From an uncultured Planctomycetaceae bacterium (lineage in GTDB: Bacteria; Planctomycetota; Planctomycetia; Planctomycetales; Planctomycetaceae), in NCBI GenBank assembly GCA_963815195.1, contig CAWFGE010000015.1:731227-795226 (forward strand): a DNA stretch of 64,000 nucleotides. Direction: 5' to 3'. Of this stretch, positions 40,848-49,113 are shown piece by piece. Each line of letters opens with the position of its first letter. Positions within the stretch are counted from its first letter, which is position 1. Under the pieces are notes generated by a model that did not search any database, was not told where the DNA came from, and saw only the letters and a program-made list of their open reading frames with translations. The position numbers and the translations under genes were made by a program.

Positions 40848-41132
40848 GCGGTCTTGGGTTGCCTGAATCTCTGAAAGCCGCTTACTTCGTGCGCGGCTCT
40901 CGAAAACCAAACCCAATTTTTGAGTTTTTTTGGAAGGACTGAAGTTCCAATGGAATGTCAAGAAAACAACTGCAACATAGTGACAAAAAGCGAGCAGATC
41001 AACCTGCGGTCGGTGCCCGGGTAAGCCCCCTGGTCATGTTGAGTCTCTCAAAAGTTTAAATTATTTTCTTGGCGATCCAATGAATGACGAAAACTCTTGC
41101 GAATCAGATAATCGGCTTTATGGAAGTTTTTA

Positions 41133-41337
41133 CCGCGAAGCGGTTAGATAGCAAAGCCCAGGGTCGCGAAGCGCACCCTGGGTGAGCGTGGTTCCAAGAC
41201 CTCGTTTACGCCGAAGGCGTTATACAACGAGCTTGTCTAACGCCTTCGGCGTAACGCAATATATTTCGAATCGAAACCCAGGGTGGCGCGGCTGCGCCGC
41301 TGACCCTGGGCTTTGGGATGTAACGCCTTCGGCGTAA
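41133..41337. repeat. REP/BIME cluster (TACGCCGAAGGCGTT and CCCAGGG..CCCTGGG units)
   Basis: Three CGCCGAAGGCG-type units and two CCCAGGG/CCCTGGG hairpins. Confidence 0.8.
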
Positions 41338-41369
41338 AAAAGCGTCAAATACATTTTGAGGAAAATGAA

Positions 41370-42002
41370 TTGTCAGAAACCGAATGGCTGAGAAACTGGA
41401 TCGAACTCGACGCCGCCCGGCAGGAGCAGTTGGGCATGGCGATCGGGACGCTTTTGGACCGCGGGTTTGTGCTCAAAGGCCCGGCCACGGATCCGGATGC
41501 GGACTATCGGCTGTTGGATCATCACGAGCACGCAGCGCGGGGCTACTTGCGGATGATGGGTTGGGACCTGCGGATCGACCGCGTGGGCGGGTTCGTCCAG
41601 GCGGTGCATCCCGAAGGATACGGGCGAGTCCGGTTGGGGAAAAACGCGTCGCTGCTCTTGTGCGTCTTGAGGCTGCTCTATCAGCAGCGGGCCGGCGCCA
41701 CCGCCTGGGACGCGGAGGCGTTGGTTTCCGTCAGCGACATTCAGGAAGCCTATCTGCTCCATTCCGGGGCGGATCGGCCGTTCGCCAAGAGTTTTCTGGA
41801 GACCACGCTCAGGCGGTTTCATCAGTTGGGGCTGGTCGCCTTGCCGAGGCCGTTTGATCCCGAACCCGACGTCGTTCTGGAATTGCTTCCCACGCTGGCG
41901 GCGGCTCTGCCCGATGCCGCCCTCGAACGCGTCGCGGCCCGCATCGATGACTACTTGAAACCCGCCGAGACAAGTTCGGCCAACGGAGAGGACGAATCGT
42001 GA
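41370..42002 (+). CDS. jetB: Wadjet JetB/MksE-like protein (DUF4194-like)
   Basis: About 210 aa; YLRMMGWDL, SLLLCVLRLLY; GTGA overlap with the SMC-like gene. Confidence 0.75.
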   Translation: MSETEWLRNWIELDAARQEQLGMAIGTLLDRGFVLKGPATDPDADYRLLDHHEHAARGYLRMMGWDLRIDRVGGFVQAVHPEGYGRVRLGKNASLLLCVLRLLYQQRAGATAWDAEALVSVSDIQEAYLLHSGADRPFAKSFLETTLRRFHQLGLVALPRPFDPEPDVVLELLPTLAAALPDAALERVAARIDDYLKPAETSSANGEDES

Positions 42003-45000
42003 AACGCCTGAAACGGATTGGGCTCATCAACTGGCACCGCTTTACCCAGCACACGTTCGATGTGGAAGGGCATCTGCTGTTGATGGGCGACAACGGCAGC
42101 GGGAAATCGACGATTCTCGACGCCCTCCAAGTCGGTCTCGTCGGCAATATGCGCTCGGTGCGGCTGAACCTCGCGGCCAACGAAGGCGGCGACCGCAGCC
42201 TCAAAAGCTATGTGCTGGGACTCGTCGGCGGCGGCACGAACGGGCAACCGCCGCGCACGCTGCGGAAGAACGCGACCGCGTACATTCTCCTCGAATTCGG
42301 CGATAGCGAATCGGACGAGTCGCTCGTTTTGGGCACGGTGATCGACGCCCACGCCGACGGCCGGTCTCCCGACAAAGAGCATTTCATCGCCAAGGATGCG
42401 CATCTCGAAGATTGCCCGTGCCTCGACGCCAACAACGCCCCGCGGACCGTCCGCGAGTTCAAGCGGGAAATCCAGCAGCACAAAAACATCAAACGCTACG
42501 CCCGCGTGGAGGAATATCAGCAGGCGTTGCTCCGGCAGTTGGGTGGGCTTGATCCCGAGTTCTTCCGGCTGTTCGTCAGTGGGATGGCGTTTCGGAAAAT
42601 CCGGCATCTGCGGGATTTTGTTTATGATTTTCTACTGCCGGAAGCGTCGGAAGTCCAGGTCGCGAGCCTCCGCGAGGCGGCCGAAAAATATCGGCAACTC
42701 CACGAGCTTTCAAAAGAAGCCGAGGCCCGCATCGATTTGTTGGACCGCATCGTCGCCAATGCCCAAACCGCGACCGCGAGCCGGAAGGAAGCCGACGGGC
42801 TCAGGTGCCTGATCGAACGCGGCCATCTTGCGAGCTCCGAAGCCGCCGCCCGCACCGCGGCCGACAACCAGGCGAAGTTTCAAAAAGAATTGGCCGAGGC
42901 GACCGAACAGCACACGCACGCCGAGGCCGCCCATCAAACCGCGCGGGAGACATTGACCCGCCTGCAGCACGACCTCGCCGCCCACGAAAAGCAGACCGCA
43001 GCGCTCGCGGTGGAGAACCGCGTGGAGCGGCTGGCCGATCAGATTCGGCACGAGAACAAAGGCAGCGAACGCTTAGAGCAGGCGCTCCGGGCTTCGCGAA
43101 CGGCACTCGCAGCCTGGCAGCGTTTGCTGGAAGAACCGGCCGCGCTGCAAACGGCGACTCATGGCAAACCCAAGACCTGGCGGGAAGAGCTTGCGGAATC
43201 CTTCGGGCCGGAGGCCGCGATCCGTTTGGAGGATTTCGACGGCCTCGCCGCGGATTGTCTCGCGGGGGAGATTCCGCCGCCGGACCGCAAGAACTTCGTC
43301 CGCCGCGTCGCCGAGGATTGGCCTGCAATGGGGCATTGGCTCCAAAGCCGGCGGTTCCAGGTGGAAGCGATTCTGTCCGATTTTCAAACCGAGCGGCAAG
43401 CCGCGCACGAAGAACTGTTGGACCTGCACCAAGGCCATCGCCCGCTTCCGCCGGGACTGATGCGATTGCAGCAGCAACTCGAAACGGCGGGCGTCTCCTC
43501 GTCGGTGTTTTGTGAAGTGATCGAAGTTTCGGACCCGGCGCTTCAAGAACTCATCGAAGCGGTCCTCGGGCCGCGGCGGTATGATTTGCTCGTTCCGCCG
43601 GAGTTGTTTGAAACAGCTCTCAGCGTGTTCCGGGCGGCGGAGGAATCGGAGGCGTCGCCGTTCGGCCTGGTGGAGACGCCGCGGTTGATGCGATCGAGCG
43701 TTCTGCCCGCGGAGCGGTCGCTGGCCCAGGCGATCGACACTCACCACGCGCTGGCCCGCAAATACGCCGACGCCGTCTTGGGCCGGGCGTTTGCCGTTTC
43801 GGATCTTTCGAGCGAAGACGCCCAATCGCTCGACGGCCATTCGCTGGCGGTGGCCGAAGACGGATTGGTACGGCAGGGGTTTGCCATCCGCCGATTGCCC
43901 GCGGCGGCCGATCATCAAACCTGGCAGATCGGGGGCGGCGGATTGTCCGGCCGGCGGGAGGCTTTGCAAAACACACTCAAGGACTTGCGGAGCCGGATTC
44001 GGCGGCTGGCCGAGCTTCGCGGTCAACTCCAGACCACGCACGAGTTGTTCGACCGCGGCCGGCGCGGGCCGGAACTCTTGGCGGAGGATTACGAGCTGCC
44101 CGCGAGGCTTCAGGACATCCGCCAGGAATACGCCCAGGCCCGCGAGGAATCCGCCGCACTCCGCGAAAGCGACCTGGGCGAGCTTCGGCAAATGGTGGAA
44201 GTCGCCGAGGAAGCCGAGCACCGGGCGGCCAAGGAACTCAAGCTCGCCTGGGGCCGGCAATGTGTGGCGGAGCAGTCTTTGAAGACCTCCGAAACCGCGC
44301 TGGCCGAGGCGAAGCATCGCCTTGCGGAAGTCCGAAGCGCCTACAAATCGCATTGGGCCGCGGATTCCGAGATCGCCGTTCATTGCGAAACGATTTTCGC
44401 CGAGCAGGCTTCGGACACACCGATCGACGACCTGGTCCGCGGGTGGACCGAACAGCTCAATTCGCTCCAAAAGAGCTTCAGCGAGCGGCACGACGATGGG
44501 GTCAGGTTGCGGACCGAATACAACAACCGCTTCCAGTTCGCGGCGGACTGCATTGCGGAGGACATCGCGGAATATGCCGACGAGCGCGAGCGGTGGGTCG
44601 AGTCGGAGCTGCCCCGTTACGAATCGCAGTTGGCGAACGCCCAAGAAACCGCCCGGCAGGTGTTGGAGGAGGAAGTCATCCATCGGCTGCGGGAACGGCT
44701 GCGGCAGGTGGAACGGCAGTTCCGCGAACTGAACCGGGCTTTGGAGGGTTTGGATTTCAGCGGCCGGCGGTATCGGTTTACGTATGCGGTCCGCCGGGAG
44801 TTTCAGGCGTTTTACGACATGGTGGTCGCGGCCGAGGCGATTGCCGACGAGCCGCTGCATCAATCCGACTGGCACGCCCGGTTCGCGGAAGGACCCTTGA
44901 AGGATTTGCTCGACGATGTCCTAGGAGCCGGCGGCAACCGGGCTTTGGCGAATCTGGAGCACTGCACCGACTACCGGGCCTATTTCGATTACGACATCGA

Positions 45001-45445
45001 GATCACCGAAGCCGACGGCACGCAGCACGCCTTCAGCCACGTGGCGGGTTCCGGTTCCGGCGGCGAGACGCAAACACCATATTACGTCGCGATGCTGGCA
45101 TCGCTCGCGCGGGTCTATCGCACAAAAGCCGCCCCCGGCAGCCGAGCCGCGCTCGTGGCGTTTGATGAGCCGTTCCAGAAGATGGACGAGTCCAACATCG
45201 CCGCCACGCTCGAACTCGCCCGCCGATTGGGATTGCAGGTGCTCCTCGCCGCCCCCAAGGATCGCTGCCATCAGCTCCTGCCCGCGATGGGCACCGCGAC
45301 GTGCCTGTTGGTATTAAGAGACGGCAACCGCGTGCTGGTGGAGCCGTTTCAGCGGCTGGGCGAAGACTGGGACTCAGCGGCTGCCGCCCCGGATATTCCC
45401 GACGCCCGCCTGGTGATGCCCACGAAACCGAAGCAGGTGAAGTGA
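41999..45445 (+). CDS. jetC: SMC-like ATPase JetC/MksB
   Basis: LINWH, GDNGSGKST, long coiled coils with central hinge-like region, SGGETQ, LVAFDEPF. Confidence 0.85.
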   Translation: MKRLKRIGLINWHRFTQHTFDVEGHLLLMGDNGSGKSTILDALQVGLVGNMRSVRLNLAANEGGDRSLKSYVLGLVGGGTNGQPPRTLRKNATAYILLEFGDSESDESLVLGTVIDAHADGRSPDKEHFIAKDAHLEDCPCLDANNAPRTVREFKREIQQHKNIKRYARVEEYQQALLRQLGGLDPEFFRLFVSGMAFRKIRHLRDFVYDFLLPEASEVQVASLREAAEKYRQLHELSKEAEARIDLLDRIVANAQTATASRKEADGLRCLIERGHLASSEAAARTAADNQAKFQKELAEATEQHTHAEAAHQTARETLTRLQHDLAAHEKQTAALAVENRVERLADQIRHENKGSERLEQALRASRTALAAWQRLLEEPAALQTATHGKPKTWREELAESFGPEAAIRLEDFDGLAADCLAGEIPPPDRKNFVRRVAEDWPAMGHWLQSRRFQVEAILSDFQTERQAAHEELLDLHQGHRPLPPGLMRLQQQLETAGVSSSVFCEVIEVSDPALQELIEAVLGPRRYDLLVPPELFETALSVFRAAEESEASPFGLVETPRLMRSSVLPAERSLAQAIDTHHALARKYADAVLGRAFAVSDLSSEDAQSLDGHSLAVAEDGLVRQGFAIRRLPAAADHQTWQIGGGGLSGRREALQNTLKDLRSRIRRLAELRGQLQTTHELFDRGRRGPELLAEDYELPARLQDIRQEYAQAREESAALRESDLGELRQMVEVAEEAEHRAAKELKLAWGRQCVAEQSLKTSETALAEAKHRLAEVRSAYKSHWAADSEIAVHCETIFAEQASDTPIDDLVRGWTEQLNSLQKSFSERHDDGVRLRTEYNNRFQFAADCIAEDIAEYADERERWVESELPRYESQLANAQETARQVLEEEVIHRLRERLRQVERQFRELNRALEGLDFSGRRYRFTYAVRREFQAFYDMVVAAEAIADEPLHQSDWHARFAEGPLKDLLDDVLGAGGNRALANLEHCTDYRAYFDYDIEITEADGTQHAFSHVAGSGSGGETQTPYYVAMLASLARVYRTKAAPGSRAALVAFDEPFQKMDESNIAATLELARRLGLQVLLAAPKDRCHQLLPAMGTATCLLVLRDGNRVLVEPFQRLGEDWDSAAAAPDIPDARLVMPTKPKQVK

Positions 45446-45954
45446 CTCAGGGCCGAAGGCCCGCGCGCGGTGATCTGCAAATCGTCAATACCAGCCGCGC
45501 CAGGCCCGGAGCACATAGCCGCTCAGGGTGCGGATTGTCCAGACGGCGCAGATCGACATAAACAGAATCGAAGCGCACACAAGGAAGGCCAGAGTATTTC
45601 CCACAATGCCCTCGGCGGGAATCACCGCGTCCTCGATCTTTTCGAACTGCATCCAACCGATGCCCGCGACGAGCACGGCGGTCACATCGGACCAACGGAT
45701 GTCTTCGTGGGGATTCATGGGGGTGTCGCGCATGGCCGCCTTCTCTCCAAAGAGTTCCACGTTCGCTTGCCCGTGTCATGTTCAGCCCGATCGAGCCGTT
45801 TAGGTTCGGCTCAACTCTTTTAGTATAGGCAGGCGGGCAGCCGGATCTGCAAACAATTTTTGACTTTTTGAAAACCGTCTTGGAATTCCCCAGGGATGCT
45901 GTCAGAATACGGCTGACATCTCTCTCAGAGCCATTCCACAAACAGGACGACGCC

Positions 45955-46887
45955 ATGTTCGCTCTTTCTTCGCGGTTCCGCGTTTGTGTCATGTTGGGTG
46001 TCAGCAGTGCGGCTTTGGCGCTCATCGTTTGGGCCTGCCAGCCGCCGGCAAACGCCGAGGAGGACGATGACGCGCCGATCGCAGCCCCGGCCGGTCCCCA
46101 AGCGCAGCTGCTCGCCGACATCGACGATGCGATCGCCCAATTGGAAAAGGGCCACGTCGAAGCATTTATCGACCGCTACATGCCGGCCGAGGAACTCCGC
46201 AGACTCCGTCAAACGGGACGCAAAAACCTCATCCTCGAGAACATCAAGAAATCCAACGGCCAGTATGAGAAGGTGTGGCTGGCGAGGCTCAAGGCGCTCC
46301 GCAAGGGGAAGATCGAATTCCTGGATGCCGATAAGTCGCTTGCGAAAGTCGTCGGCGATCCCAACAGCGGGTTCGCCACGTCGAACTTTTTCCTGGTCGA
46401 TCCCGCCGACGAAAAGATTCCGAATTACCAAGGGTTTTCGGGCGATCTCCAACAGGCCGCGGGCAAAGCGGTCGTCGCCTTGGAACAGCGGGATTATCCA
46501 TCGTTCGTCGAGAACTTCTATCCCCCGTCCGAACTGAAAGCCGCCACTTCCAAAGAGGGAATGCAGGCCCTGGAAACCCGCTTGAAGGCTTGTCCGGAAA
46601 TGGCGCAGCAGATGATCGCGGACCTGAAAGCCATCCAGAAAATGGAGCCGAAATACGACGACCAGAAAACCGCGGCCACGTTCGAGATCCCGGTGGGCCA
46701 ATCGAAGACGAAGACGCGGACGGTTCGCTTCGAGATCGCCGGGACGTGGCGGATGGCGGACACGGGCAAGCAGATCCGCCGCGAGATGTACAAGCAATCG
46801 CAGCAGCCGCCCCAGGGAGCCCAGGAAGAATTGACGACCCGTTGGGAGCGGATCCGCGATCACTGGCGACTTTACGATGACAAATAG
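45955..46887 (+). CDS. Exported hypothetical protein with internal repeat
   Basis: Signal-like N-terminus; repeated A..QLE....F...Y.P..EL module. Confidence 0.7.
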   Translation: MFALSSRFRVCVMLGVSSAALALIVWACQPPANAEEDDDAPIAAPAGPQAQLLADIDDAIAQLEKGHVEAFIDRYMPAEELRRLRQTGRKNLILENIKKSNGQYEKVWLARLKALRKGKIEFLDADKSLAKVVGDPNSGFATSNFFLVDPADEKIPNYQGFSGDLQQAAGKAVVALEQRDYPSFVENFYPPSELKAATSKEGMQALETRLKACPEMAQQMIADLKAIQKMEPKYDDQKTAATFEIPVGQSKTKTRTVRFEIAGTWRMADTGKQIRREMYKQSQQPPQGAQEELTTRWERIRDHWRLYDDK

Positions 46888-46903
46888 ATTCCGGAGGCGC
46901 GCT

Positions 46904-47806
46904 ATGCACAACACCTTTCGTCACCGCCGCGGTTTCACGCTGATCGAGCTTCTGGTCATCGCGGCGATTGTCATCATCGGCATAGCGCTCGCGTTGCCCG
47001 CCGTCCAATACTCCCGCGCCCAGGCCCGGCAGAACATCTGCAGAAACAACCTGAAGATGCTCGCCATCGCGCTTCACAATTATCACGATATCTACGCCGA
47101 GTTTCCCCCAGGTTGGGTGGCCCATGTCCCCGCCGCGGGAAATGGTGCTCGCCTGGGCTGGCCGGTGTTTATCTTGCCGATGATGGACTACGCCCCGCTT
47201 TATAAGCGATTTGATTTTGAATCCCCCATGCCGAAAGCCGACGCGAATGTGAACGGGGCGAAGATTTTTCAAACCGTGATCAAGGAATACCGCTGCCCGG
47301 CCGATTCGACCTCGGCGACCAATCCCATGCGCGGCGATTACGGCACGTCGAACTATTCCGGCAACCATGGAAACGTCCCGTTGCCGCGGTGGGCCGCGGG
47401 CCGGCGAACGGCGCACTGGCCCGGCCAGGCGGACACGCCCAAAGACGCCAACGGGGTGATGTATTATAATTCCAGCGTGCGAATGCGCGACATGATCGAC
47501 GGGCCGTCCAATATCTTTCTCGTGGGCGAACGCTCGGTGACGAGTGCGGCGGGGATCTGGCCGGGCGTGGGATCCAACGAGTTCGAAAACGACGCCGTCA
47601 CCGATTGCAGCCATGCGTCGCGGTTGAACAAGTCGCCGACTTCGTTTTCCAGCGGGCACGCCGGCGGGGCGAACTTTTTGATGTGCGATGGGGCCGTGCG
47701 TTTCGTTCAGGACGACATCGATTCCCAATCCTTGGACACGGGCGACCTTGGGACTTACCAACGGCTCGCCAACCGCCGCGACGGCAAGGTCGTCGGCGAT
47801 TTTTGA
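46904..47806 (+). CDS. DUF1559 prepilin-type N-terminal cleavage/methylation, H-X9-DG protein
   Basis: RRGFTLIELL, CRNNLK..ALHNYHD, YRCP, HAGGANFLMCDG. Confidence 0.93.
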   Translation: MHNTFRHRRGFTLIELLVIAAIVIIGIALALPAVQYSRAQARQNICRNNLKMLAIALHNYHDIYAEFPPGWVAHVPAAGNGARLGWPVFILPMMDYAPLYKRFDFESPMPKADANVNGAKIFQTVIKEYRCPADSTSATNPMRGDYGTSNYSGNHGNVPLPRWAAGRRTAHWPGQADTPKDANGVMYYNSSVRMRDMIDGPSNIFLVGERSVTSAAGIWPGVGSNEFENDAVTDCSHASRLNKSPTSFSSGHAGGANFLMCDGAVRFVQDDIDSQSLDTGDLGTYQRLANRRDGKVVGDF

Positions 47807-47825
47807 TGAAGGGAAACCCGGCACG

Positions 47826-48738
47826 ATGGAAAACTCAATCCGCGCGGCCGCTCCTCGCCGCGGTTTTACGATGATCGAAATGTTGGTCGTCGCGGCGATT
47901 GTGATCATCGGCATCGCGCTCGCGTTGCCCGCCGTCCAATACTCCCGCGCCCAGGCCCGGCAAAACATCTGCAAAAACAACATGAAGATGCTCGCCATCG
48001 CGCTTCACAATTATCACGACACTTACAAGGGCTTTCCGCCCGGTTGGGTGGCCCATGTCCCGACCGCGGGAAATGGCGCTCGCGTTGGTTGGCAGACTTT
48101 TATCTTGCCGCAGTTGGATCACGCCCCGCTTTATAAGCGGTTTGATTTTGAGTCCCCCATGCCGAAAGCCGACGCGAATGTCAACGGCATGAAACTTTAT
48201 CAGACGGTGATCAAGGAATACCGCTGCCCGGCCGATTCGACCTCGGCGACCAATCCGATGCGCGGCGATTACGGTACGTCGAACTATTCCGGCAACCACG
48301 GAAACATTCCGTTGCCACGATGGGCCGCGGGCCGGCGAACGGCGCACTGGCCCGGCCAGGCGGACACGCCCAAGGACGCCAACGGCGTGATGTATTATAA
48401 TTCCAGCGTGCGAGTTGCGCGACATGATCGACGGGCCATCGAATACCTTTCTCGCGGGGGAACGCTCGGTGACGAGTGCCGCGGGGATCTGGCCGGGCGT
48501 GGGCTCCAACGAGTTCGAAAACGACGCCGCCACCGATTGCAGCCACGCATCGCCTTTGAACAAATCACCCACATCCTTTTCCAGCGGGCACGCGGGCGGG
48601 GCGAACTTCGTGATGGGCGAGCGGCCGCGTCGTTTCATTCAGAACGGCATCGATTCCAAATCCTTGGACACGGGCGAGCTGGGAGTCTTCCAGCGGCTCT
48701 CCAACCGCCACGACCGCCTGCCAGTCGGCGATTATTGA
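47826..48738 (+). CDS. Second DUF1559 paralog (indel near 48415; DG motif altered)
   Basis: RRGFTMIEML; highly similar to the upstream copy; HAGGANFVMGER. Confidence 0.88.
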
Positions 48739-48772
48739 AAACGTGGGGCTGAAGAAATCTGCCGACCAAATT

Positions 48773-49113
48773 AGCCGCAGGGCGCTAGCCTCCGCGATTC
48801 AAGGCCGGCGGCTAGCGCCGAGCCGCTCAGAAATCCCGAAAATGTGAGCGGAAGGGCGCTAGCCCCCGGCCGTTTCAGTGAAAACTCCGCGATTCAAGGC
48901 CGGCGGCTAGCGCCGAGCCGCTCAGAAATCCCGAAAATGTGAGCGGAAGGGGCTAGCCCCCGGCCGTTTCAGTGAAAACTCCGCGATTCAAGGCCGGCGG
49001 CTAGCGCCAGCCGCTCAGAAATCCCGAAAATGTGAGCGGAAGGGCGCTAGCCCCCGGCCGTTTCAGTGAAAACTCCGCGATTCAAGGCCGGCGGCTAGCG
49101 CCAGCCGCTCAGC
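48773..49113. repeat. Tandem REP array of 94-95-bp units (3 full plus partial)
   Basis: CTCCGCGATTCAAGGCCGGCGGCTAGCGCC recurs at 48790, 48885, 48979 and 49073. Confidence 0.92.

Noticed and set aside
45485..45760. Small minus-strand ORF as a jetD substitute
   Set aside because: Opposite strand, 91 aa, no nuclease motifs; coding status uncertain.
46904..48738. Diversity-generating retroelement TR/VR pair
   Set aside because: Differences are not adenine-specific, both copies are whole genes, and there is no reverse transcriptase.
48773..49113. Possible CRISPR array
   Set aside because: The would-be spacers are identical, the units are REP palindromes, and no cas genes are present.
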